The translations under genes were made by a program, and so were the position numbers. Positions 19,337 to 30,541 of a stretch of DNA of 64,000 bases are shown one piece after another. Under the pieces are notes generated by a model. The model saw only the letters and a program-made list of their open reading frames with translations. It had not been told where the DNA came from and did not search any database. The DNA comes from an uncultured Planctomycetota bacterium (GTDB taxonomy: Bacteria > Planctomycetota > Planctomycetia > Isosphaerales > Isosphaeraceae). Each line of letters starts with the position of its first letter. The first letter of the stretch is position 1. The DNA is taken from contig CAWJTV010000003.1 in the NCBI GenBank assembly GCA_963845755.1, positions 32,001 through 96,000 of the forward strand, in the 5' to 3' direction.

Positions 19337-22112
19337 TCAATACATGCCGCTCATGGTGAAGTTGAAGTACTGGACCCGATCCCCGTAGGCATGCATCACC
19401 GGAAATGCCAGGTCGAACTCGAACGGCATGGGGCCGAACATCGGGATATTCACCTTCAAGCCGGTCCCGACCGAGATCCGCATGTCGTTGAGCTGGTAGT
19501 TGGGCGTGACGGTGCCGAAATCGGTGAAGATGATCTGGTTGAAGGTGTCCTTGGCGTTCCAGGGGATCTGGTACTCGACCGACCCGATGGCCATCATGAC
19601 GCCGCCAGTGGAGACGCCGAAGGCGTGCGGGCTGACCGATCGATAATAGAAGCCCCTCAGGCTGCCGAAGTTGCCCGCGTAGAAGCGTTCGTAGACGGGG
19701 GTCGATTCGGTGGCGATCCCGAAGTGGCCGCGGATCGTGAAGAACTGCTTGCCCGTGCCGTCGGGCCGGCTGAAAGTGGGAATGTACATTCGCCCCTCGG
19801 CGTCGAACTTGGTGAACGTGAAGCTGCCGAATCCTTGCTCGACCGAGAAGTTCGCGTACTGGCCCTTGGTGGCCATGAAGGGGTTATTCCGATTGTCGAA
19901 GCGAAGGCTGGGCATGATCGCGTACAACTGGGTGAAGCCGCTGGCGGCCAGGTAATCGGCGGGGGCGGGCGTCTTGTAGCCGAAGAAGTCGACCGCCTCG
20001 GCCCAGGCGGCGATGTCGGCGTACATGCTGGTCCCGATCTGCTTCCCAATCGAGATGCGGCCGCCGCCGCGGCGTTCGTTCCACAGGTAGGGATAGTACC
20101 GGGAGAAGAGGTAGCCGGTGACGGCCGCACCGATATTCCTGTCGAAGAGGTAGGGCTCGCGGAGGCTCACCTGCATGCTGTTGACCCAGTTGCCCGCCAT
20201 GAGATTGATCCGCAATTCCTGGCCGCCGCCGCGGAAGGCGATGCCGTTGGCGATGTCGCTGAACGACCTGGGAAAGTTGGTGATATCGAAGTTCTTCTCC
20301 CAGATGGAGGCGCTGCCGATGAGCCCCTGAAAGCTGTTGGCCCCGACGCCGATCATGAACCGGCCGGTGGGGCCCTCCTCGACCGAGGTGATAATGTCCG
20401 CGAAGGCCCGGTTGGGGTAGGGATCGTTCCGGTCGGGCCCGACGTTGGTCATGCCCGTGCCGGGGATGCTGGGGAAGCTGCCGGGTGGCTCGCCTTCACC
20501 GACGGGTGGCTGTCCCGATGGAGGAGCGCCGGCCCCGGGGCCGGCCGGCGGCCCGGGCAGTGGTGGTGGGACCGTGATCGCGGGCATCGTATCCGGCTGG
20601 GGATCGAAGGGATTCTGCGGGAGCAATCCTCCCGCCGCCCGATGCCGGCGCGTTGCCGGGCATCTGCGGCGGGAGCGGTCGCAAGGCGTCGGGCACCGGC
20701 AGCGGGTCGGGCAAGGGGTCGCTGCCCGGGCCGGGGTCTTGCATCCGCGCCTGCGTTGCTTCGCCGATGAGCGGCATCGGAAGTTCGCCGTACGGCTTGT
20801 CCTTGGGACGCCGGTTCACGATCTTGATCTCGATCGGCTGCTTCCCATTCGGCTGACCTCCCTGTCCCTGACTGTTCTGGAAATATCCCAGCGACATCAG
20901 GCGCCGCCGATAGATCTCGATCCGGTTCTTGTCCAGGACCTCACCCGGCAACAGCCCGGCCTGCACGGCCTCGCGCCGGATCACCTTGTCCCGGGTCCGC
21001 GCGTTCCCCTCGACCTTCAAGTCGGCCAGCAGGTACGGCTCTCCCTCCTCGATCTTGTAGACCAGATCGACGACGCCCGACTCGTTGGTGAACTTCGGCT
21101 CGTCGACGATCTGCGTGTCGATGCAGCCGATCTCGTTGTATTTGATCAGCATGCGATTCTTGTCGGCGTCGCGCACCGACTGGAGGAACGGCCGGCCCGA
21201 ATGCAGCTCGAGGTCCTCCTTCAGGGCGGTCGCCTTGAGCTTGCTGTTCCCCTGGAGGAGCACATTGCGGACATAGTACCGGGGGCCTTCGTGAACGACG
21301 AAGGTCAACTCGAGCTCGCCGAGGTCTTTCCCGGCCTTGGTCACCGGCGTCACCTTGGCCTCGAAGAAGCCCTGGGACTGATAGTATTCGACGAGCTTCT
21401 GGCGGTCCTCATCGAGCATGTCGCGGTGATACTTGCCGAAGAGTCCCAGGATCGGCTTTCGGCTGGTGATGTGGGTCTGCAGGGTGGCCGGCGAGGCGAA
21501 CTGGCTGCCGACGAAGCGGATGCTGCCGATCTTGACCTTGGGTCCCTCGAAGATCTGGATCACGACCTTGGTATCGCCCGGCTTGCCCCCTTCGAGCAGC
21601 TTGACCTCGGCCAGGTCGTAGCCCTTCTCGTGGTAGAGCCGGAGGATGTGGCCCAGCGCCATCTGGGTGCTCATGGAATCGGCGCGGGCATTGACCTTCA
21701 GTCCGGTGGTATCCTCGATCTCCTTCTGACGGATGGCTTTTCGCCCCCGAAACTCGACGGAGGTCAGGACGGGCATCTCGTGGACGATGAAGGTCACGAT
21801 GAGCTTCCCGCTCTTGGGCTGGGATTCATCGCAGTAGATCTGGACATCGGAGAACCATTTGGTGTGCATCAGCGACTTGATATCGGCGTCGATCTTCTGC
21901 ATCTCGAGCGGCTGGCCGACCCGGCTCAGGAGCTTGGGCCGGATTTTCTCGGCCGGGATCGTGGCGTTCCCCTCAAATCGGATCTCGGAGATGGTCCCCT
22001 CGGGGACTCGCTCGACCTGCGCGGAGGCGGGGGAAGTGCAGGCGGTCGCGAGCAGCAGGGCGATGATGCCGGTGAGGGCGGCCGTGCGGAGCGTCCTGGC
22101 CCCGCGGCACAT
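19337..22112 (-). CDS. bamA: Outer membrane protein assembly factor BamA (frameshift near 20630; start approximate)
   Basis: POTRA repeats (IRFEGN, VEFRGRK, VEGNARTRDKVIRRE); barrel with ERFYAGNFGSLRGF and C-terminal FDLAFP..FNFTM. Confidence 0.9.
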
Positions 22113-22436
22113 TCGGGGCCGTGATGGCGACGGGGACGAGGGGACTCTCGTGCCCAGGGCCGGCATCGGCATAGCGGCACCGGCCCCGACACCGGTCGGC
22201 TTTCCCGGCGTCCGTCGGATTCGACCCACGGGAGCCATCCTGGCCGCCGGTGGGATCTGGCGTACGTCAGATCTCATGAGCGATCGTTTCCTGACCCAAC
22301 CGATCGGGAGCCGCCCGGACGACGTCATCCGCGATACGGGCGTTGTCCTCGAAGCCGGGACGAGGATCCGCCGGCCATGAGCGCCGGCCCTCCTTGCCGT
22401 CCGTCAACCGCGCCGGAGCACCGTCCGCGCATCAAT

Positions 22437-22565
22437 CCTAAGAGGATGGGAATGAATCGAATCGCAGAATCCAGATTCAGGACCCAATGAACGTAATACC
22501 CTGTTTAAACAGGGCTTATATCCATTTTCTGCCTTGAATTCTTGATTTGGAATCGATTCTTTCGC
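22437..22565. repeat. GAATC-rich dispersed intergenic repeat / MITE-like hairpin
   Basis: Perfect palindrome CCCTGTTTAAACAGGG (22499-22514) between GAATC/GATTC arms; reverse complement resembles 30167-30218 and 30530-30541 joined to 32147-32176. Confidence 0.55.
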
Positions 22566-22981
22566 AGCCCCTGGGCCTATTCTTGACTGGCCGTCGCCGC
22601 CGCCATCCATGGCCCGGCGCCGCCTCGGCCCAATATGCCGCTGTCTGGGACATGACCTGCGCGGACCTTGTACCGAAGTCGAATCGATCTCGCAACCCCG
22701 GAAGCGACCAATTCCATTAAAGCCGACGGTAGGAATGAGCCGACCGCAGCCTGACGTGCCCGGTCGTCCGCGATCATCGTGAAGGCGCGTCCGCGTGACA
22801 TCCTAAAGAAACGGCCGGTCGTGCTTAATTCGAGAGCAAATGAAGGCATGCACGATGGATTGTGCCGACTTGACGGAGAAGGTTGACCAAGGAGAATTGA
22901 CGGGATCTACTCCAGGGAATCTCCCGAGCAACGCTCGGTTTTCGTCGCCAGGTCCAGATTGCTCGGCCCTTGATTATGAGG

Positions 22982-22997
22982 TTGGCATGAGGTTTGC
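22982..22997 (+). promoter_or_regulatory. Sigma-54 (-24/-12) promoter
   Basis: TTGGCATGAGGTTTGC matches TGGCAC-N5-TTGC with exact GG-N10-GC spacing. Confidence 0.65.
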
Positions 22998-23063
22998 GAA
23001 GAGCAAGTAAGATGCTTTGGTGATAGGGACAATAGCCCGTGATGTCCCGATAAGGGAGGAACG

Positions 23064-23159
23064 ATGAAGACACCACAACCCATTCGAGAAATCGCTCCGC
23101 CCGCCTGGCAACTGCCCTTGATCGCCAGTGAACCTCGCGGACCGCGTCGCAGAGCTTGA
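23064..23159 (+). CDS. Candidate small protein, 31 aa (MKTPQPIREIAPPAWQLPLIASEPRGPRRRA)
   Basis: Strong SD AAGGGAGGA just before ATG; downstream of the sigma-54 promoter; below the ORF-track cutoff. Confidence 0.5.
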   Translation: MKTPQPIREIAPPAWQLPLIASEPRGPRRRA

Positions 23160-23257
23160 CGTGCCGGAACTCTCGGGTAACATGACCTTGACGGTTCCGT
23201 CCGTTCGGGGCGGAGGTCCCGGCTGACTTCGAGACACCGAGGGCGCGAGGCGCGGGC

Positions 23258-24541
23258 ATGTCGTCGCTCGAACGACCCAAGCTTCGTCCGCTCACGGCTC
23301 GACGGATCGAGCACGAGGGACAGTCTTTCGTCATGCTTCAGGATCCGATCGGGGTTGTCCCGCAACCAATCCTGGTCCCGTGGGACGGTTATTCCCACGT
23401 CGTGCGACACTTTGACGGCCAATCGACGTTGATCGAGATCCAGGCGCGAGTGCTCCGCGAGACGGGGCAGTTCGTGGCGATGAAGGATCTCGAGGATCTG
23501 GTCCGGCGATTCGATGAGACGATGATCATCGAGGGACCGGCATTCGCGATGTTTCACCAGCAGTATCGGGAATCGGGCCGGCGCCCGGCGGCACTCGCGG
23601 GTCGCTCGTATGCGGCGACGTTGCGGGCGCTCCGCGCCCAGCTCGACCAGTTCTTCGTGGGTGCCCAGGGTGCCGGTGTGCCGGCCGCCGAGGGCGTTGA
23701 GCGCGCGGCGGGGTTCCGCGGCATCCTGAGCCCACATATCGACTTCCAGCGCGGCGGCCCGGTCTATACCTGGTCTTACCGGGAGCTCGTGGAACGTTCG
23801 GAGGCCGACACGTTCGTCATCCTGGGCGTCGCTCACCAATACTGCCGTCGCCGGTTCGTGCTGACACTTAAGGACTTCGAGACGCCGCTGGGCGTGGTTC
23901 CCACCGACCGATCCTACGTGGAGCGGATCGCCTCGCTGGCCGGTCGAGACCTGTTCGATGACGAATTGTCCCATCGGACCGAGCACTCGATCGAGTTCCA
24001 GGTCGTCTTCCTGCAGCACCTACTGGGCGGCCGGCGCCCCTTCACGATCGTTCCGATCCTGGTCGGCTCGTTCAATGACTTGATGGAACGGGCGATGGAC
24101 CCGATCGCGAACCCGGAAGTGCACCGTTTCATCGAGGCGCTGCGAGTCGCCGAGTCGGCCAGCGGCAAGTCGGTGGCCTACATCGGCGGTATCGACTTGT
24201 GCCATGTGGGCCCGGAGTTCGGTGATCCGAGGCCGGTTGACCCGATCCTCCAGGAACAGGTGCGCCAGTTTGACGGCGCGATGCTGGACCGGGCCGCGGC
24301 CGGCGATCCCCAGGGTTGGTTTCGCACGGCGGGTGCAGTGGGGAACCGCTGGCGGGTCTGCGGCCTGGCGGCGACTTATACTTTCTTGCACGCCATCGGC
24401 CCGGCCCGGGGCCGGGTGCTCCGGTACAACCAGGCCCTCGATGACCGCAGGACCTGCTGCGTGAGCTTCGCGAGCATGGCGTTCCACGCCTCCGAGCCAT
24501 CGGTGAATCCGCTTCATGCCAATCTCGTCATCCATGCCTGA
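23258..24541 (+). CDS. amrB: AmmeMemoRadiSam system protein B (MEMO1 family) with N-terminal extension
   Basis: RPAALAGRSY, ILSPHIDF, FETPLG, EHSIEFQ, DLCHVGPEFGD, VCG motifs. Confidence 0.92.
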   Translation: MSSLERPKLRPLTARRIEHEGQSFVMLQDPIGVVPQPILVPWDGYSHVVRHFDGQSTLIEIQARVLRETGQFVAMKDLEDLVRRFDETMIIEGPAFAMFHQQYRESGRRPAALAGRSYAATLRALRAQLDQFFVGAQGAGVPAAEGVERAAGFRGILSPHIDFQRGGPVYTWSYRELVERSEADTFVILGVAHQYCRRRFVLTLKDFETPLGVVPTDRSYVERIASLAGRDLFDDELSHRTEHSIEFQVVFLQHLLGGRRPFTIVPILVGSFNDLMERAMDPIANPEVHRFIEALRVAESASGKSVAYIGGIDLCHVGPEFGDPRPVDPILQEQVRQFDGAMLDRAAAGDPQGWFRTAGAVGNRWRVCGLAATYTFLHAIGPARGRVLRYNQALDDRRTCCVSFASMAFHASEPSVNPLHANLVIHA

Positions 24542-25516
24542 GGATCACGCGGGCGGTGCGGTGACCGCAGCCGCTTCCGCAGTCGAGGCGACACCGGGTC
24601 CCGAGGCCCCCCGTCCGCCTTGCCCGGCCCCGGCCGATTTCCGCGCGGAAGTCGTGCGCTACGACCGAGATGTGGAGGTCGACCGCTGGGACGGCCCGCG
24701 GTACCGCTTGACCTATCGCATCCTGGGACAAGGGCCGACCCTGTTCCTGATCCCGGGAATCGCCTCGACCTATCGCGTCTATGCCCTGTTGCTCAACCGG
24801 CTGGCCGAGCACTTCCGGACGATCGTCTACGACTATCCCGGCGAGCATACTGGCGACGGCGCCCGGTTGAGGCGGGTCACTCACGACCATCTCGTGGACG
24901 ACCTCTTCGGGTTGATCGATCACCTGAACGTCGGGCGGGCCTTCCTGGCCGGTTTGTCGTTCGGCTCGACGATCGCACTCGAGGCGCTGCGCCGGGAGCC
25001 TCGGCGGTTCCCGCGATCGGCTCTCCAGGGAGGGTTCGCGCACCGCCGGTTCTCGGCGGCGGAGCGTTGGGCGCTGCGGCTGGGCCGGCTCGTCCCGGGG
25101 ACGGTCTCCCGGCTCCCCCTGCAGCCGCACGGTCCTGACCTACAACAGCCGGCTGGAGTTCCCCTCACTCCTGGACGACCGCTGGGACTTCTACATCGAG
25201 CAGAACGGATTGACGCCGATCCGGTCCCTGGCCCACCGCGTTCGACCTCCTCACGCGCCTGGACCTGCGCCCGATCCTCCCGATGATCCCCGCGGAAATC
25301 CTCCTGATCCAGGGCAATGAGGACCGGATCGTCCCCCGGCGCGACCACGAGACACTCAAGGCCGCGCTGCCCAAGGGCGAAGGTGTCATCATGCCGAACG
25401 TCGGCCACCAACCTCATATGACCCACGCCGAAGTCCTGGCCCAACTGATCCACCAATGGCTGCTCCCCTGCGCCGAGGGGCCGGGGGGCTGCACGGAGCA
25501 CGCGGGCTGTCCGTGA
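24534..25516 (+). CDS. Alpha/beta hydrolase (frameshifted near 25130-25250)
   Basis: LIPGIAS, YDYPG, nucleophile GLSFG, QGNEDRIVP, GHQPH. Confidence 0.85.
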
Positions 25517-25552
25517 CCGCCGAAGAGGCGAACGATCGCACAAGGATACTGC

Positions 25553-26463
25553 TCAACGGGATTTTCGGCTGCGGAGCCGTCGCAACTCCTCTTCCATCGC
25601 TCGGACCCGGGCCTCGGCGTCCACCCGGCCTTGGGCCTCGGCGTCGGCGCGTCGGGCTTCGGCATCGGCGCGTTGGGCTTCGGCATCGGCGCGTCGAGCT
25701 TCGGCCGCCCGGGACTGGCTGACCTCCGTGTAATCACCGATCTCCTCGTTCGTCGCCGGGTCGATCAGCACGACGCGGTCGCCATCCGTATTCGGATCCT
25801 TCCTCACCCCCAGCAACAGGTTCACCGGCTCCAGCGAGACGCGCCGAGTTTGTCGGCTGGCACGGACTGGTACGCCTTGCCTTTCAATCGATAGGCGATC
25901 AAGGTGATTCGTCGCTTTTCGCCTTCCTCATGAGCATCGACGATGACGTAATGGGGCACCTTCGCCATCGCATATTGGTTGACCTTGGTCTTGACGTCCA
26001 CGACCCGAGTGTCGTCCGAAGTGACCTCGACGATCAACGACGGCCGCACCTTCTCCGTTTTCACGCGGAAGGTCTTCCAGTCCTTGCGCCTCTTGACGCC
26101 GAAGATCACCGCCAGGTCGGGGCTATGATGGCGCAGGCCGGGAATATCCCAGTAGATGCCGCAATCGGAGAGCACGACAACCGAAAGGTCGTCCGCATTC
26201 TGGGCCTTGAGAACCGTTCGGAGATAGGTACAATCGTCGGTGTGAGGATCGCTGAGCAAATGGACGTCTCCTTGCCGGGGGTGGAGCACATCGTCCAGGG
26301 TCAAGGGGAGCCGGACCCAGCGAGAGCGGCCGTCAGGGAGCTTCTTGCACACCTCGCGATAACCATAGGCGAACGAGGCTTTCCCCTGGCGGCGATTCCG
26401 CGCGGGCCGCGTCTCGGACACATCAATGGCCGGCTTGTTGCGCCGATCGTGAACGGTGCTCAT
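25553..26463 (-). CDS. Uma2 family endonuclease with coiled-coil tail (frameshift near 25830)
   Basis: HSPDLAVIFGV, PSLIVEVTS, KVNQYAMAKVPHYVIVD; AEARRADAEAQRAD tail. Confidence 0.88.
25610..25706 (-). repeat. 21-bp coding tandem repeat (AEA(R/Q)RAD heptads)
   Basis: GGCTTCGGCATCGGCGCGT(T/C)G-type units repeated about 4 times. Confidence 0.8.
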
Positions 26464-26715
26464 GCGACCCTCCGGGGATCGAGCCACTCGGCTCGCTCGT
26501 TCTCGAGACGAGCCTACCACAAATCGGGCTTACGGGCGAGGAGAACCGTTACCCCTCGGGCGGACGGGATCCCCCGGGCTTCCCGGGGATCCGTTTGCCG
26601 GCGTTGTCCTGTTGGCTTGTCGGCGGGAAGCGGATTACAATGTCGCAACTTGCGGCCACGGCCGTTTAGGATATTGGGGACATCGAGGCTGGCCCGTGCG
26701 ACAGGAACGGTCACG

Positions 26716-27982
26716 TTGAGCGACGGCCAATCGAAGCTGGTGATCCTGGGGATCGGCGATGACGGGCTCGCCGGGTTGACCGATCCCGCGCGCCGGTTGC
26801 TGTCGACGGCCGACCTGATCCTCGGAGCATCGTCGATCCTGACGTTGCTGGAAGGCGTGGGGGCGCGAAAGCAGCCGCTAGAGGCGGACATGAGCCTGGC
26901 GCTGCGCCAGGTCCGCGAGGCGCTGGCGCACCATCACCCGGTGCTGGTCTGCGGCGGCGACCCGCTGTTCTACGGGGTGGCGCGGTACCTTTGCGATCGG
27001 CTCGGGAAGGACCACTTCGAGGTCGTACCGCACGTCAGCAGCATGCAACTGGCGTTTGCCCGGATCAAGGAGAGCTGGGAGGACGCCTACCTGACCAGCC
27101 TGGCGGGCCGGCCGATCGAGACCGTCATCGACCGGATCCGGACCGCGGAGAAGATCGGCCTGTTCTCCAGCGACGAATGCCCCCCATCTCGGCTGGGGCG
27201 GGAGTTGCTGGACCGAGGGATCGATTACTTCCGGGCGTATGTCTGCGAGAACCTGGGCTCGCCGGACGAGCGCGTCACGCAATGCGAGTTGGTGGACCTG
27301 GCGGTCATGGACTTCGACCCGCTCCACGTGCTGATCCTCATCCGCAAGCCCAACCGGCCGGATCGCGCGGGGCGAGCCGGCCGGCACCGGCTCTTCGGCA
27401 ACCCCGACGATGCCTTCGCCCAATCGCTGCCCAAGCGGCGGGTTGATCACCCAGGCCGAGGTGCGCGCGATCGCGCTGGCGCAGCTCGATATCCGGCCCA
27501 CGAGCGTCGTCTGGGACATCGGTGCCGGCTCGGGGTCCGTGACGATCGAGGCCGCCCAGCTCGCGCATCAGGGGATGGTCTACGCCATCGAGCCGGAGCC
27601 GGCCGACATCGCGCTGATCCAGGCCAACGCGGAGGTCTTCGGCGTGCCCAACATCCGCACGGTGGCCGGCCGCGCCCCCGAGGTCCTGGCAGCGCTGCCC
27701 CAGCCCGACGCCGTCTTCGTGGGAGGGACGGGCCGGCAGGTTGACCTGGTCCTCAGCACGGCGTACGATCGGCTCTGCCAGGGGGGGACCCTGGCGGTCA
27801 ACGTCGCCACGATCGAGGGACTGGCAGCGGCCTATCAAACCCTCAAGGGCCTGGCCGGCCACGTGAGCGTCTGGAACGTCTCGATCGCTCGCGGGATCGA
27901 GCAGATGGACCGGCTTCGGTTCGAGGCGATCGCTCCCACATTCCTGTTGGCCGTCACCAAGCGGGAGCCATCCGATGATTGA
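26716..27982 (+). CDS. cbiET: Bifunctional precorrin-6Y C5,15-methyltransferase CbiE/CbiT (frameshift near 27440)
   Basis: ILGIGDDG, GDPLFYG, VPHVSSMQLAFARI, WDIGAGSGSV, PDAVFVGG. Confidence 0.92.
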
Positions 27983-28124
27983 TCGACGATAGGCGGCCGC
28001 CACGGGCGGTGAGGGCGGTCGCCGAGCGAGAGCCGGCCTGGCTGACGGTTGTGAGATGCCGATGAGATGAATATATTGGATCGATGGCGGATCGCATCCG
28101 CGATCGGCGAGGTGGGCAATCGCA

Positions 28125-28869
28125 ATGGCCGAGGTGCAGGAGCCTGAGCTGGACCTAATCGCCGTGGGCGCATCCCGACGACGTGGAGATCGCCTGTGGC
28201 GGGACCCTGGCCCGGCTCGCCCGCAAAGGGTACGCTGTGGGGATCGTCGATCTGACGGATGGCGAGCCGACGCCGAACTCGCCGGGACCGGACGTCCGCC
28301 TCGCCGAGGCGCGGCGGGCCGCCGAGATCCTGGGGGTCGCGACGCGGATCAACCTCAACCTGCCCAACCGCCGGCTGTTCGACGGATTCGAGGCCCGGAT
28401 CGCACTGGCCAAGGAGTTCCGACGGTACAAGCCCAAAGTCGTCGTCGGGTTCGGCGGCAAGACCGTCCTGGCCTCCCCCGACCATTATCAGGCCATGTTG
28501 ATCACCGACGCGGCGGTCTTCTACAGCCGCCTGACGAAGTGGGATGAGTATTTCGACGGGCTGCCGACCCACACGATCCACAACCAGTTGAGCTTCCCGA
28601 TCGCGTTGCATGGGTTGGACTTGCCCGAGGCATCCGGTTACATTGTTGCCGACATCGGCCCAACCTTGGAGGTCAAGCTCGAGGCGATCCGTTGTTACCA
28701 GACGCAGTTTCCCGCCAGCAAGGCCGGAATCTTTCGAGCCGTCGAGACGATGAACCGATATCACGGCTTGACGGCGGGCTTCGAGGCGGGCGAGTTATTC
28801 ATGACATATCGCTCCGTCGGCGTCGACGACCTGATGCGGTGGGCAAGCCCGGCGCATGCCCGAACCTGA
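28125..28869 (+). CDS. PIG-L/LmbE (BshB-like) deacetylase (frameshift near 28170)
   Basis: IAVGA-HPDDVEIACGGTL across the frameshift, DLTDGE, EARRAAEILG, PDH, KLEAIRCYQTQF. Confidence 0.88.
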
Positions 28870-29005
28870 ACGGTTCGGTCCGATCCGCCGGGCAATCGTG
28901 CCGTCGTCGTTCCGGTGTCGGCTCGGCTCCCCTCCCAGGGCCAACGGAGGGAGAGTCGCAGCTCCCTGGACCCCCGACAGCCTGGAAGGCATAAAGGCGG
29001 TTGCG

Positions 29006-30034
29006 ATGAGCACTCAAGCGGTGTTAGTCGGCTGGTTGAAGGGCCTGTTCCAGAAGGATGAACCTGAGGTGAGCTGGTTGTCGCGATTCAGGAACTGGCG
29101 GAAGCTCTTGTTCTTCGGGAAGGACCAGTCCAAGGACGACCCGGAGGCGACGGATGAATTCGCCACGCTCTCCTCGTTCACGCTCCTGCCAGGTCAGCTC
29201 AAGTTGCGGGTCGGGGTCGTCTCGGTGCGGGGGAACTACCGGGAGCACAACGAGGATAATTTCTACGTACCCGGACGGCGGTCGGTGCGGCATGATAGCG
29301 GCTCGGATAGTCACAGCGAGATGTCCACGATGACGCTGGAGCCATCCAACCTGTTCATCGTGGCCGACGGCATGGGAGGGCAGCAGGCGGGCGAGGAGGC
29401 CAGCCGGATGGCCGTCGAGCTGATCCCCAAGGCGGTCGCGCGCCGGCTGACTTCCGAGGAGCGCGAGCCGGGCCGGATCAAAGAGGCGATCCGCGACGCG
29501 GTCGCCGAGGTCAACCAGGAGATCCTGGGCAGCTCCGGCGCCGTGACCGAATTCACCAACATGGGCACGACTGTGGTCCTGGCCCAGTTCCGCTTCGATC
29601 GCGTCTTCGTGGCCGGCATCGGCGACTCGCGCGCCTACCGGCTCCGAGACGGCAAGCTCGAGCGGCTGACCAAGGATCACTCGCTGGCCGACGCCCTGCT
29701 CGAGGCGGGCACCATCTCCGCCGAGGAGCTGCCGACTCACAAGTTCAAGAACGTGCTATACCTCTATCTGGGCAGCAAGGACGCGCGCGGTGGCCCGGAG
29801 GATGTCCGGGTCCTCGACGTACGGCCAGGCGATCGGCTGCTGATGGCCAGCGATGGGCTCACCGGAGTCGTCCCCGATCACGAACTCCAGCGGATCCTGG
29901 CCACGATCGACGACCCCCAACGCGCCGCCGTGACCCTGAAGGACATGGCACTGGCCAACGATTCGCGGGATAACGTCACCTGCTTGATCATCCATGCCGT
30001 CGCCCAGCACGATGGCGCGGTTCCGCCCGCTTGA
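29006..30034 (+). CDS. PP2C-family Ser/Thr phosphatase
   Basis: REHNED, IVADGMGG, MGTT, IGDSRAY, LTKDHS, SDGL, DNVT. Confidence 0.95.
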   Translation: MSTQAVLVGWLKGLFQKDEPEVSWLSRFRNWRKLLFFGKDQSKDDPEATDEFATLSSFTLLPGQLKLRVGVVSVRGNYREHNEDNFYVPGRRSVRHDSGSDSHSEMSTMTLEPSNLFIVADGMGGQQAGEEASRMAVELIPKAVARRLTSEEREPGRIKEAIRDAVAEVNQEILGSSGAVTEFTNMGTTVVLAQFRFDRVFVAGIGDSRAYRLRDGKLERLTKDHSLADALLEAGTISAEELPTHKFKNVLYLYLGSKDARGGPEDVRVLDVRPGDRLLMASDGLTGVVPDHELQRILATIDDPQRAAVTLKDMALANDSRDNVTCLIIHAVAQHDGAVPPA

Positions 30035-30541
30035 ATTGCCTCAGACGCCTGAGAATCGATGCGATGCGGGATGGACCTTAATCCATCCTCGGCAGGTGTT
30101 TCCGTCGATTCCTTATTGGATTGAGAATCTTCGAGCCGAGCTTTTCCCAAACTCCGAGAGGCCGTGAGAGAATCGATTCAGAATCACAAATTCAGGATTC
30201 CGAATGGATGTTAAGCCCGATGAATCAGAGACTTAGTACCGCGCCACGCAGAAACGGCCCGGAAGTCCCTCGGGAAGACGAGCCTCCGTGCGAGCCGACC
30301 ATGGGGAAGCGGCTCGCACGGAGCCTCGCCCTCCCGAAGTCCGATCCCCATTTCCAGGGAGCGGTACGTGGTGTCTTCCTCCGTAGGATCCCTGCGCCCT
30401 GCGCGCATCCTGGCGATTCCCGATTCGTGATTCCCCGTTCCCCATTCCCGAATCATTCCCCATGGGGAATCGGGAATCCCGATGGGGTTGCGGCCGAAGG
30501 CCGCGTGAGGATTCTGGAATCTTGAATTCGGGTCCTGGATC

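Noticed and set aside
26464..26715. Cobalamin riboswitch upstream of cbiET
   Set aside because: No B12-box or conserved core visible; only a REP-like hairpin.
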